A DNA stretch of 64,000 nt from Candidatus Levybacteria bacterium CG2_30_37_29 (lineage in GTDB: Bacteria > Patescibacteriota > Microgenomatia > Levybacterales > GWA1-39-11). Below the pieces are notes generated by a model, which made no database searches, was not told the DNA's origin, and worked only from the letters and a program-made list of their open reading frames with translations. Every line of letters starts with the position of its first letter. Within the stretch, counting starts at the first letter, position 1. The position numbers and the translations under genes were made by a program. Where the stretch lies: assembly GCA_001873215.1 (NCBI GenBank), contig MNYS01000008.1, positions 2,657 to 66,656 of the forward strand. Reading direction: 5' to 3'. Below are positions 1 to 9,361 of this stretch, in pieces.

Positions 1-27
1 ACCACTAAAAAGAGTGGTGTTTTTTTA
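1..27 (+). terminator. terminator-like hairpin plus T-run at window edge
   Basis: ACCACT-aaaaag-AGTGGT stem-loop followed by GTTTTTTT. The partner gene lies outside the window, and the hairpin could serve the minus-strand ccdA end instead. Confidence 0.3.
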
Positions 28-64
28 AAAATCTGTTGTTCTGTCCAGATAATTTTTGGTAGTC

Positions 65-760
65 TCATATAGAGATTACTTGTAATGCTAAATAAATTAA
101 ATAAATTCCGGCCAAAAGAATTAATATTCCAGCGCTTTTTTGAATTAACGCCATGTAGCTTGTAAGAAATTTCCGCATTGCATTCTTTGATAAAGACGAG
201 ATAAGTGAAAACAGTATCATTAAACTAGACATGGCAAGAGCATATACAGAAAAATTAACCAATCCTCCGATCGTTCCTGTTTGAGCTAACGACTGAAAAA
301 TAACCAGTAAGAAAATCGGAAGGGTACATCCTATAGACCCAAAAGCGTAAGCAACCCCAAAAAGGTAAAATCTTTTTAATCCATCGGCATGAGTTCCGAG
401 AACAACTGGTGGCTTTATGGCAAACTCGTAGCCAAATAGTGATGATACACCCATAAAAATGAGTAATCCGCCCGCGCTAAGTTCTATCCAGGGAAATATT
501 GGAGCAATGAGACGACCAAAAATAGTGAGGATTACGCCAAAGACCACATAAACACTAATGAGTCCCAAACTAGCAAAAATGCCTGCTTTAAGACCAAAAA
601 GCAACTGCTTTATTTTATTGTCCGCTTCTGTTTCTTCTTTAACATAATAACCGACATACGCAGGGATTAGAGCGATACTGCATGGTGCAAAAAACGCCTG
701 CAATCCCGCCAGAAACGAGAAGGAAAGCAAAACTACGTTCATAGTAAACCAGTTCTCCAT
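65..760 (-). CDS. ccdA: CcdA/DsbD-family thiol-disulfide transporter (cytochrome c biogenesis-type transmembrane protein)
   Basis: Polytopic membrane protein with two conserved membrane cysteines (FFAPCSIALIP and FGSIGCTLP) typical of CcdA/DsbD cores. Ends in a TGA stop. Confidence 0.75.
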   Translation of the reverse strand: MENWFTMNVVLLSFSFLAGLQAFFAPCSIALIPAYVGYYVKEETEADNKIKQLLFGLKAGIFASLGLISVYVVFGVILTIFGRLIAPIFPWIELSAGGLLIFMGVSSLFGYEFAIKPPVVLGTHADGLKRFYLFGVAYAFGSIGCTLPIFLLVIFQSLAQTGTIGGLVNFSVYALAMSSLMILFSLISSLSKNAMRKFLTSYMALIQKSAGILILLAGIYLIYLALQVISI

Positions 761-1021
761 GTTAAGAATTGGTTAAATATAAATCCGAGAATGATGATTA
801 TCAGTAGGACAATGGGTAACTTTTTGAGCAAAGCCGGTGAGTCTACCGTTAATTGCTGTATTTGTGGAATGGACTCATGGCTTTTCATTTTAAGTCCTGA
901 AATTTCCTCATCTGAAATAAAAATATTTTGAAAATTCCTACGAAAAAATAGATAAATGATACTTCCGACTATGGTAAGTGCTCCAGCAAATAAAAAAAAT
1001 CTGTATAGTCGTTTAAATTAA

Positions 1022-1714
1022 TCATTTTACTATTCCATGCCTTCCCTCAGCCCCTGCCCCTCCGTGGGATTCATGGGGCAATGCATTCTCGTTACCGGTA
1101 AACAATAGATAATCTTCTAGCATGCCTTTTGGGTACCAGAGGGCATACCAGCGATGCGACTCACCAACCAGTTGTTCGTCACCATATTGATTACCGTAAT
1201 TTTGAATCAAGAATCGGTACATTCCTCGCACAGCCTTAGCATGAGCACAACCACAGTTTTTAATCATAGCGACATTATTCGGACTACCACAGCAGTAACT
1301 ACAAGTCATCATTAACGAAATCAACTTTTGATATCTTTTTTCTTCATCTGCTGTTAATTTTATTGACGACTCAAAAGCTCCCCATTTCTTTTGTGCGTTA
1401 ACAGGGTCATCGAAAGAAATATCGCCGGGAGCATAAAACGGTTTACCTTTAGCAGTCATTACTACTTTGGCGTCTGTCAGTATATTTCCGCTATGAGGGT
1501 CTGCCATAACTTCAGTCATAGTAGGCCACTCGACTAACGTAGTAGTTTTCCCATCGGAATTTACTTTTGGAGCAACAATCATATGAGTCGTCCCTGTTTG
1601 CATTCCCATTGCGGCAGAAACTTGCGTTAACAAAAGTTGGTTTAAAAGGAATAGCCCTGCCAGAGAGAAAACAAGGATTTTTTGTAGTGGTATAATAACA
1701 ATTTTTCTAGTCAT
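1022..1714 (-). CDS. secreted Cys-rich protein (CSYCCGSP and NCGCAHAK motifs, PCYCGC-like)
   Basis: N-terminal signal/TM segment and clustered cysteines. Sits between the thioredoxin-repeat gene and ccdA on the same strand. Confidence 0.4.
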   Translation of the reverse strand: MTRKIVIIPLQKILVFSLAGLFLLNQLLLTQVSAAMGMQTGTTHMIVAPKVNSDGKTTTLVEWPTMTEVMADPHSGNILTDAKVVMTAKGKPFYAPGDISFDDPVNAQKKWGAFESSIKLTADEEKRYQKLISLMMTCSYCCGSPNNVAMIKNCGCAHAKAVRGMYRFLIQNYGNQYGDEQLVGESHRWYALWYPKGMLEDYLLFTGNENALPHESHGGAGAEGRHGIVK

Positions 1715-1716
1715 AG

Positions 1717-2928
1717 TTATTTTTTTGTTTCACTTGGAGCCGGTGTCACGGCAACTTTACCTACAATCTGATTAGTTACTAAATCTCTATAAATTACCCC
1801 CTGAAGTTGCTGCATTTCCCGAAATACGTACCAGCCATCGGATTCAACCGTCCCAACCCCTTTCCAAACATTTTTTAAGTTCGTGTACTGTTCTACCTCA
1901 GGAGATAGAAGAATCGTGGGTACTTTAGTTATTTTATATTTATCAATTAAACTTTTCCCTTCTCCCGATGAAATATCAACAGTTCGTTCAGATAGAATAC
2001 CCACCCCATATCCTTGTTTCAGAATTGGTTTTTGTACTATATCAGCCTTATAACAATCACTGCATGTCGAATCGGTAAGATATAGCAAATCGACCAGCCC
2101 CAAAACTTGATTCTTCTCCAAATCTCTATAGGGTAAAGACAAATTACGTAGTACATACGTTTTGTCCTGTTCAACAGTGCCTATGCTGACCCAGCTAGAT
2201 TTGACACTATCATAGAAATCAATATCAGAGGATAAGAGAAGGGATGGTATTTTGGTAATCTTGTATTGATTAATAAACCTTTGGCCTTCCGATGAATTCC
2301 ACGCAACTTCCTTTTGATCTGTTACATTTACCCCTGCTTTTTTAAGACCTGCTACAGTCAATTTTGGATCAAGACATTGAGTACACGTTGGGTCGGCTAT
2401 AATAGTTGCAGTAATTCTGCCAACCTCTCGCTTACTTTCTGCATCGATAAAAACCGGAGCAACCTTAGTTAAAACAAAAGTATTGTTGATAACTTCACCA
2501 TTATTTTTAACAAAGGTCTCAAGATTGTTTTTTGTTATTTCTCCAGAAACAATATAGGTTGGAATTCTTTTAATGGAGAACTGCTTAACTAAACTACTGC
2601 CTTCTGCGGAATTAAGGCTATATGTTTTTTCCTCTTCGACTTTGACATTTTGTTTCTTGAAATTAGCGACAGCCGTATCGACATCAAAACAGTCCTGACA
2701 GTCAGAAGCAGTAATTTTAGTTATTTTAACAGTGGCAGGACGAGCTGCTTCTTTTGCCACAGCAATATTTTTATTAACTTCAGTAAGCGTTTTTGTAGAA
2801 AAGAGTGCTCCTGTGACAGTTGTAAAAAGTGCGATAGCTAAAATTATCTTTGGCCAAGAGATGTTCAGTTTCTCTCTTTTGATACCTAGCCACGACACTA
2901 TATTAAATATAACTTTTTTCATTTTCAT
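1717..2928 (-). CDS. secreted protein with three tandem thioredoxin-fold repeats, each with a CxxC motif
   Basis: Three ~110-aa repeats carrying CQDC, CTQC and CSDC. Each repeat has a conserved (K/Q)YKITK(I/V)P(S/T)(L/I)LLS segment, and the repeat is also visible at nucleotide level. N-terminal TM anchor. Confidence 0.55.
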   Translation of the reverse strand: MKMKKVIFNIVSWLGIKREKLNISWPKIILAIALFTTVTGALFSTKTLTEVNKNIAVAKEAARPATVKITKITASDCQDCFDVDTAVANFKKQNVKVEEEKTYSLNSAEGSSLVKQFSIKRIPTYIVSGEITKNNLETFVKNNGEVINNTFVLTKVAPVFIDAESKREVGRITATIIADPTCTQCLDPKLTVAGLKKAGVNVTDQKEVAWNSSEGQRFINQYKITKIPSLLLSSDIDFYDSVKSSWVSIGTVEQDKTYVLRNLSLPYRDLEKNQVLGLVDLLYLTDSTCSDCYKADIVQKPILKQGYGVGILSERTVDISSGEGKSLIDKYKITKVPTILLSPEVEQYTNLKNVWKGVGTVESDGWYVFREMQQLQGVIYRDLVTNQIVGKVAVTPAPSETKK

Positions 2929-2955
2929 AATATTAAAAACGGGTTGCTGTAACCA

Positions 2956-3243
2956 TTAGCACCCGCCGACCATTGACTCTGGTACATCTGCATTGCTTCC
3001 GGTAGTAGATGATCCACTATTTGTGGTTGTTGTAGTAGCCGGAGATTCAGCTCTTACTGAAACTGAACTAGCTTTAGAGCTGATACGTACTAATTGGAAT
3101 GTTTGGAAAAGAGTAATTGCTGCTACCAGTCCCAATACTACAATTTGTAGGTTTGGTTTGGGAACACGCAACACAAATGTTTGATCGTATTTCTTCCTTG
3201 GTGCTTCTTCGACAGAAGAAGCTGTTTGCGATAATTTAGTCAT
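2956..3243 (-). CDS. small membrane-anchored low-complexity protein
   Basis: ORF with one TM segment and a Thr/Ser-rich tail ending in Cys. No recognisable family. Confidence 0.3.
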   Translation of the reverse strand: MTKLSQTASSVEEAPRKKYDQTFVLRVPKPNLQIVVLGLVAAITLFQTFQLVRISSKASSVSVRAESPATTTTTNSGSSTTGSNADVPESMVGGC

Positions 3244-3396
3244 AGTATCTCACCTCCATTCAGAATAAATCGTAATGATTAGTTAAATGTAGCAAGATGA
3301 AAATGAAGAGAAGATGAAATGCTAGTCCGATGATCTTTTGAGACTTATTGTTCTGGCACCAACTAAAAATTCATACATAGGTCCCCAAACTAAACC

Positions 3397-4041
3397 CTAG
3401 GAAAGTCCCCAGAGCATCTCTGTCCAGGGAATATGTTTGAAGATAATAATCCCTTCAGGTTTGCCAGATAACTTCCATATCCAAACCATCCACGCATGAC
3501 CTTCCGGGAAAACTTCCTGCCCCAGAAAGTAGATGGCAAACATCACCCCGGCAACCATTAATGCCGATCCTAACGCATTTGGTATTAGATCAGGGCGCCT
3601 ATAAAGCATGTAAGCGGCAGCAATGATCATTCCTACTGAACTGGCAAAGATTGAATTAAGGCCTAAAAGATTATTTAAAATCAGCATCGAAATTCCTACC
3701 ACTGCAAAGAATACGAATAGAAACCACTCTCGCTTCAACTTTTTCTCTTCGCAGGTACAAAGACCTCTGACAAACAATGATTCATAGGCAAAAGCGCCTA
3801 TGCCGCCAACAGAAAAGCCAAACAGGATATCTTCTACCCCTCCAATAAAAGGAAGCGGTAAGGCTATTTCCGGTTTTCAATAGTCAGCAAAGTACCAAAA
3901 CTCGGAAATCGGACCGAAAGAAGCGGTGATCGAACTCATGATTAGCATCGGCCGACGTAAAACCTTTGCTTTCCAGTAAATGAACAACCAAACAGCAAGA
4001 AAGAAGAAGTTTACGATAAAATATGCGTATTTGAACTCCAT
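3397..4041 (-). pseudogene. polytopic membrane protein interrupted by an in-frame TGA
   Basis: A continuous reading frame runs from the ATG at 4041 to the stop at 3397 (214 codons) with one in-frame TGA at 3877-3879 (…FADY*KPEIALP…). The track reports only the distal 126 aa, starting at a TTG. TGA is a real stop elsewhere, for example in ccdA. Confidence 0.4.
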
Positions 4042-4044
4042 GAT

Positions 4045-4230
4045 TTACATTGTATCTTTTTCTTGGTTGGGTATCCAAGCATCCGGATGAGCCTCAAACA
4101 TTTTTTTGTCATCCTCCGCACAGAAAAAATAAACCTTTCCCTTATAAACTGTTTGGGCTTCCATCTGACTTTTAGGTTTAACCATACCACAAACATAATC
4201 CTTGACTGGTTCATCAATATTTTCAGTCAT
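4045..4230 (-). CDS. YHS-domain (TRASH-like) metal-binding protein
   Basis: 60-aa protein with the CGM…FFCAEDDKKMF motif characteristic of YHS domains. Confidence 0.6.
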   Translation of the reverse strand: MTENIDEPVKDYVCGMVKPKSQMEAQTVYKGKVYFFCAEDDKKMFEAHPDAWIPNQEKDTM

Positions 4231-4572
4231 AGTTCTGAATCACCTCCTATTGCCTACTGTCTGCCAGGACCAGCCGAGTACCCAGCCGGTTACCCAGGCT
4301 GAAACAGCAGCAGTAATGCCTCCCAGCAAGAAATTCTGTTGACGGCGGACAAATAATTTACAGCATAGACATCGGCAAGATCGTTTCTTTGCGCTTCCCG
4401 ACATTTTGGTTTGAGCCAACTCCGCAAGGACTTTTTATGCTTCAAGTCGCCTTTGGCCAGTCAAAATATTATTCTGACAATTTGTCGGAAAATGTAAAGC
4501 GTTGGATTAGGCAAAAACTCAGGCGGGGCGAGCGAGCAACCAAATGCCCCTCAATTTTCAAAATGTCTGAAT

Positions 4573-4648
4573 TGGTCGGGGATAGAGGACTTGAACCTCC
4601 GACCTCACGGTCCCAAACCGCGCGCTCTACCAACTGAGCTAATCCCCG
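4573..4648 (-). tRNA. tRNA-Pro(TGG), CCA encoded
   Basis: Cloverleaf CGGGGAU/AUCCCCG acceptor, anticodon loop UUUGGGA, GGUUCAAGUCC T-arm, then ACCA. The ORFs overlapping it on both strands are spurious. Confidence 0.85.
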
Positions 4649-4735
4649 AAATATTAATAATAAATAAACTGTACTTATTCTATCTTTTATTACATCTAGA
4701 TTCAAGCCTGATTATGGTACAATAGTATCTATATA

Positions 4736-5470
4736 ATGCTTTATCCGATATTATTATTTACATTTTTGGCTTCTATAGCATCGCTTTTTTTAGTTGCGAT
4801 TATGCTTCTTCAGGAAAAAAAAGTGAAAAAAATTTCATTTCATCTTGTGTCTTTTGGAGCGGGAGCCCTTCTTGCAACAGGATTTACAGATACTATGCCT
4901 GAAGCAGTACAGTTATCAAAAAATTCTTTTATGTATGTGACTGCTTTTATTGCTTTGTTTTTCTTAATTGAACGTACTTTCTTGCATTTTCACCACCACG
5001 AGCATGAGGAAGGTAAAAATTTACGGCTTCCTGTTCCATTTTTGATGTTCGGAGACGCACTTCACAATTTTATTGACGGAATTTCTATTGCAACAACTTT
5101 TTTAATTTCTTTTCCGCTTGGCTTTATTACGTCAACCGCAGTTTTTATCCACGAAATTCCCCATGAATTGGGTGATTTTGGTATTCTTTTGCACTCTGGT
5201 TATTCAAGACGAAAAGTTTTGGGATTTAATATTCTTACCGGACTTATGGCATTTGCTGGAGCACTAATTGGATTTTACTTTGCTCAAAACGTTAGCGGCA
5301 CACTACCTATCTTACTATCTCTTACAACTGCTAATTTTATTTATCTTTCATTGACCGATTTGCTTCCTGAAATTCATGAACAATCAAAGGGAAATGCCTT
5401 TGCTCATGTTTTACCTTTTTTTCTGGGTGTTACATTAATGCTTCTTCTTACACAATTCTTCAAGGGATAA
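4736..5470 (+). CDS. zupT: ZIP-family zinc/metal transporter
   Basis: HNFIDG and HEIPHELGDF signature motifs, a His-rich loop (HFHHHEHEE) and 8 predicted TM segments. Confidence 0.8.
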   Translation: MLYPILLFTFLASIASLFLVAIMLLQEKKVKKISFHLVSFGAGALLATGFTDTMPEAVQLSKNSFMYVTAFIALFFLIERTFLHFHHHEHEEGKNLRLPVPFLMFGDALHNFIDGISIATTFLISFPLGFITSTAVFIHEIPHELGDFGILLHSGYSRRKVLGFNILTGLMAFAGALIGFYFAQNVSGTLPILLSLTTANFIYLSLTDLLPEIHEQSKGNAFAHVLPFFLGVTLMLLLTQFFKG

Positions 5471-5497
5471 TAAAAGAAAACACGAGGAAAACAATAC

Positions 5498-6007
5498 CTA
5501 TTCAACAATAAGCTTACCAACCATTCCCATTGCTCTGTGTGTTCCGACACTGCAATAATATTCAAAAGTTCCTTTTTTGCTGGCCACAATAGTTACTGTG
5601 TCGCTTTCTCCGCTTGAAATTCTTTTTGTTCTTACATTAAACTCGTCTATTACAAAATCATGCGTTCCTCCTCTGTTTGTAAAAACTATTTTAATTGTAT
5701 CCCCAAGCTTTGCGCTAATTTTGTTTGGAGAAAATGAAAAATTTTCTCCTGTTATGGTTATTGTTTTTGTCGTAGGAGTCACTACATTACTTGGACTCGG
5801 AGACGCACTTGTGGAAGAAATCGGTGGCGCAACGGCAACTGTAGCCGTTGGCACTGATGTATTTGTAGTTTGAGTTGGTTCAATAGTTTTTTTGGAACCT
5901 CGTAACGCAAAAAATCCAATACCTAGAAGAACAGATGCAATTAGTACTATGGCAGTTATAAGAGGGGCATTACTACCGGTAGAGTCTTGAGTATTTTCCT
6001 CTTCCAT
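5498..6007 (-). CDS. membrane-anchored cupredoxin (plastocyanin/amicyanin-like blue copper protein)
   Basis: C-terminal type-1 copper ligand pattern H…YYCSVGTHRAMGM (Cys, His, Met) on a beta-sandwich-like domain. N-terminal TM anchor plus a Ser/Thr/Pro linker. Confidence 0.65.
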   Translation of the reverse strand: MEEENTQDSTGSNAPLITAIVLIASVLLGIGFFALRGSKKTIEPTQTTNTSVPTATVAVAPPISSTSASPSPSNVVTPTTKTITITGENFSFSPNKISAKLGDTIKIVFTNRGGTHDFVIDEFNVRTKRISSGESDTVTIVASKKGTFEYYCSVGTHRAMGMVGKLIVE

Positions 6008-6057
6008 GTAGCCTTATTTAACAATAAATGCATTTTTTTGTCAAGGCGTCCATGTTC

Positions 6058-6114
6058 TGTGCCAATTTCAGCTTGCCTGAACTTGGCACTGAAATTACGT
6101 TGTAATTTCAGTGG
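6058..6114. repeat. tRNA 3'-flank repeat/hairpin, short version
   Basis: gtgccaatttcagcttgcctgaac followed by ggcactgaaatt-acgttgt-aatttcagtgg. The 3' arm of the hairpin overlaps the last nucleotides of tRNA-Ala. Related to the elements at 30233-30324 and 30584-30626. Confidence 0.5.
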
Positions 6115-6183
6115 ACCGGAAGAGATTCGAACTCTCAACCCCTTCCATGCCATGGAAGTACGCTACCGTTGCGCCACCGGCCC
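6112..6183 (-). tRNA. tRNA-Ala(GGC)
   Basis: GGGCCGG acceptor with a G3:U70 pair, anticodon loop AUGGCAU, GAGUUCGAAUCUC T-arm, discriminator A. Confidence 0.8.
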
Positions 6184-6299
6184 TTATTAGAGAATAGTGA
6201 CTAAGTATTAGGAATTAAAATCTATTACCTATTGTCTAATACCTATTACCTAACTTTGTTATTGTACAAAAAAAGACGTTTGATGTGTAGTGGTACAAT

Positions 6300-7529
6300 A
6301 TGCTTATGGAAATTCCCCTTGCAGAGAGAATGCGACCTGTAACATTATCACAATTTGTCGGGCAAGATCACCTTGCAGGAATTGGCGGGCCAATAAGAAG
6401 CATGATTGAAAATAGGAAAGTCACTTCAATGATTTTATGGGGTCCTCCGGGAGTCGGCAAAACAACTCTTGCTCATATAATCGCTTCGTCAATTGACGCA
6501 AATTTTGTTTTTTTCTCAGCCGTAACAAGCGGAGTAGAGGATGTACGAAAAGTAATTAAACAAGCAAGGATAGACATTGAAAACAACAAGAAGCAAACAG
6601 TGCTTTTTGTCGACGAAATTCATAGATTTAATAAATCTCAACAAGACGGTTTTTTACCTTACGTTGAAGACGGAACAATAATTTTAATTGGTGCAACAAC
6701 TGAAAATCCGGGATTTCGCGTCAACGCGCCTCTTATTTCAAGAAGCCAAGTTTATAAATTGTCAGAACTTGCAGACGTGGATATAAAGAAAGTAGTCGTG
6801 CGAGCAATTAAATTTTATAAAAAAAATAAATGGGACAAAAATGCTCTGGATCATATCATAAAACAAGCAAACGGAGACGCCAGAAATGCGATAAATGCCA
6901 TAGAACTCGCCGCATCAATTTCAAAAAGCGTAACTCTTGAAATTGCTGAAGTCGCCGTTCAGCAAAAAGCAATTTATTATGACAAAAAAGGGGATTTTCA
7001 TTACGATACGATTTCCGCATTCATTAAATCGATGCGGGGAGGCAATCCTGACGCAACTCTTCACTATTTGGCGCGTATGATAAAGTCAGGCGAAGACCCG
7101 CTTTTTATCGCACGAAGAATGGTTATCTTTGCGAGTGAAGATATAGGCAACGCTCAACCTACAGCACTTGTTGTTGCGACGAGCTGCATGCAAGCCGTAC
7201 ATATGATAGGAATGCCTGAATCCCAGCTTATTTTAGCGCAAACAGCAACCTATCTTGCAACTGCAAAAAAATCTATTGCTTCAACAAGCGGAATTTTTGA
7301 AGCTCTATCTGACATAGATGAAACAAGACTTGAGCCTATTCCTTTGCATCTTCGAAACGCAGCAAACAAAGTTATGAAACAATTTGACTACGGAAAAGGA
7401 CATGTACGCTATCCGTGGCTTGTTGAGAAAGAAACCAAACAAAGAGTAGAACAGGCCATGCCTGCCGGCAGGCAGGAATATATGCCAAAAAATCTAAAGG
7501 GGAAAGTTTACTACAAGCGAGATTGGTAA
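6300..7529 (+). CDS. rarA: replication-associated recombination protein A (AAA+ ATPase)
   Basis: Walker A GPPGVGKTT, Walker B LFVDEIHRFNK, and the MgsA C-terminal region. Carries an 18-nt palindrome insertion near the 3' end (see findings). Confidence 0.85.
   Translation: MLMEIPLAERMRPVTLSQFVGQDHLAGIGGPIRSMIENRKVTSMILWGPPGVGKTTLAHIIASSIDANFVFFSAVTSGVEDVRKVIKQARIDIENNKKQTVLFVDEIHRFNKSQQDGFLPYVEDGTIILIGATTENPGFRVNAPLISRSQVYKLSELADVDIKKVVVRAIKFYKKNKWDKNALDHIIKQANGDARNAINAIELAASISKSVTLEIAEVAVQQKAIYYDKKGDFHYDTISAFIKSMRGGNPDATLHYLARMIKSGEDPLFIARRMVIFASEDIGNAQPTALVVATSCMQAVHMIGMPESQLILAQTATYLATAKKSIASTSGIFEALSDIDETRLEPIPLHLRNAANKVMKQFDYGKGHVRYPWLVEKETKQRVEQAMPAGRQEYMPKNLKGKVYYKRDW
7478..7495. repeat. 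GC-rich palindrome TGCCTGCCGGCAGGCAGG (copy 1 of 5), inside rarA
   Basis: Perfect palindrome encoding MPAGRQ in frame. Identical core to the copies at 29680, 31804, 32226 and 33744. Confidence 0.8.
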
Positions 7530-7546
7530 TTGTGTATTATTAATTT

Positions 7547-8416
7547 ATGGGTAAACTTCTTAAAGCAGTAGCTGTTTTAATTGTTCTATATTTTGCAATT
7601 TCTTATTACATTGCTAGTAAAATAACTGAAGAAACTGCAAGAAATATTGACGTATCCGCTGATTTTATTGCTCCTAATTCTGAGAATGTTTCTTTTTTTA
7701 CTACAGATAAACTTACGCTGAAAGGATGGTGGTTTGAACCATCAAGAAAGAAGGTTATCGTTTTCGTGTCGGGGATTTTAGATAATAGAACGAATGCTGG
7801 ATACTATGGTGTAGATTTAACTCGCGAGTTACTTGCAAAGGGATACGGTGTTTTACTTTATGACACTCGCGCAAGAGGGGAGTCTCAAGGCACTGTGCGC
7901 GGAAAAAACGAAGAACTTGATGTAATCGCAGTTGTAAATTATCTTAAACAAAAAGGAGTAGAACCTAAAAATATCGGGATTATTTCATTTTCTTCGGGTG
8001 CATCAGCAACACTCATGGCAATTGACAAAATAAATGACATAGGACCTGTTGTAATCGATAGTTCCCCAACATTTTTTAAACGCGTAACTGACAATATTTT
8101 AATAAAGGAGCAACATGTTCCGTCTTTTATAATTCCGGGTGTATATTTTATGACTAAATTTGCGTTCGGAGTTGACATAAATTCGATTAAGCCAATTGAT
8201 CATGTTGAAAAAGTACCAAATAGGGTTTTTCTCTATCTCCATTGCGCAAATGACACAAGCATACTTCCAGAAAACAGTAAGGAACTTTTGACAAAATCCA
8301 ATTCGAAAAGTAAACTCGTGCTTTTTCCAAAAGGTAAACACGTAGAAACCTATAAAAAGAATCCAGAGATGTATAGAAAAGAAGTTTTCAGTTTTTTAGA
8401 CAAAGCAATGAAGTAA
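7547..8416 (+). CDS. alpha/beta-hydrolase fold protein (membrane-anchored)
   Basis: GxSxG nucleophile elbow (ISFSSGAS) and N-terminal TM. Confidence 0.55.
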   Translation: MGKLLKAVAVLIVLYFAISYYIASKITEETARNIDVSADFIAPNSENVSFFTTDKLTLKGWWFEPSRKKVIVFVSGILDNRTNAGYYGVDLTRELLAKGYGVLLYDTRARGESQGTVRGKNEELDVIAVVNYLKQKGVEPKNIGIISFSSGASATLMAIDKINDIGPVVIDSSPTFFKRVTDNILIKEQHVPSFIIPGVYFMTKFAFGVDINSIKPIDHVEKVPNRVFLYLHCANDTSILPENSKELLTKSNSKSKLVLFPKGKHVETYKKNPEMYRKEVFSFLDKAMK

Positions 8417-8436
8417 TTACTTTAGGTTATTGAATA

Positions 8437-8967
8437 CTATTTACTAATAGTTACGGATCCGTCAGTAAAGGAAGCTTTATATTGCTGTTTTAATTCAATT
8501 TTTGAAAGATCATCTGCAATCAATTTATTAATCACACCTTGCGCTAAAGAAGAAAGTATCGGATTATTCGGAAGCGATCCAAATTGAATGCTTAGATTTG
8601 TTGCATTTGGTACACTTCCCGTTAAATCAACTCCCGCGGTAACATAAAATGAAGGAGTAATTGACCCAAGATTTTTTTTACCTGAAAAGTGGGCGAGTCC
8701 TTTTGTAAAACAAATTTTACCGTCTTCAACTTGTCCTCCAATATAATTCTGGGCTAAGGTTGTTGCCTCACCATCAGTTATGGTAATTGAACCCTTTTCT
8801 AATGCGTCTCCTATTTCCTTATCACTTCTTACCCCTGCGGCTTGACTTTGACACTGCGGTGCTTGTCCGAGCAAAGCTGCCGCTCCCGCTCCTGCGCTTC
8901 CTACAACAATTACACCTAGTACCATAAAAATAATTGCAATAGCTCCGAATCCTTTTTGGCTTCCCAT
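8437..8967 (-). CDS. hypothetical secreted/anchored protein
   Basis: ORF with N-terminal TM segment. No family recognised. Confidence 0.35.
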   Translation of the reverse strand: MGSQKGFGAIAIIFMVLGVIVVGSAGAGAAALLGQAPQCQSQAAGVRSDKEIGDALEKGSITITDGEATTLAQNYIGGQVEDGKICFTKGLAHFSGKKNLGSITPSFYVTAGVDLTGSVPNATNLSIQFGSLPNNPILSSLAQGVINKLIADDLSKIELKQQYKASFTDGSVTISK

Positions 8968-9031
8968 ATTTAACCTTTATACTTTTTTAGCCCGATTTTG
9001 TCAAGCGTTTAAAGATTTATATTTTTTTTGT

Positions 9032-9352
9032 TTAGAGCAATTTAAAATTATGGGCAGTAAAAAACAGTGTAATAATAACAACACCTAGCAGCGTAACCAC
9101 AAAAAGAGAATTGAGCGATCTTCTTAGAAAACCTTCAGGATGCTTTTGGGGTAATAGATAAAACATTGCGGTAGAAATAGCATACAGGTCTATTGCAAAA
9201 ATGCTTTTTGATGTCCAGTGATGACCGGAAAAATTTTTTAACCAATCTTTTAGAGGAACTGATAATTCCGCCCATATAGTAATAATAACGACAAAAGCAA
9301 TTGTTATTATTGCCGCATACGCGGATGAAATAATTAATTTTTGTTTATTCAT
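9032..9352 (-). CDS. small integral membrane protein
   Basis: ORF with 3 predicted TM segments. Confidence 0.35.
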   Translation of the reverse strand: MNKQKLIISSAYAAIITIAFVVIITIWAELSVPLKDWLKNFSGHHWTSKSIFAIDLYAISTAMFYLLPQKHPEGFLRRSLNSLFVVTLLGVVIITLFFTAHNFKLL

Positions 9353-9361
9353 AAAAATATA

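Noticed and set aside
2650-2959. Plus-strand ORFs inside the thioredoxin-repeat gene
   Set aside because: Antisense to a well-supported CDS. Low-complexity.
3877-3879. UGA reassignment (genetic code 25) as the explanation for the in-frame TGA
   Set aside because: ccdA, the four-helix-bundle gene and the transposase terminate at TGA. Long housekeeping ORFs contain no TGA. A standard code is far more likely.
4389-4705. ORFs 4389..4637(+) and 4469..4705(-)
   Set aside because: Both run straight through tRNA-Pro. They are artefacts of the structured RNA. The upstream coding-like fragment is reported separately as a possible remnant.
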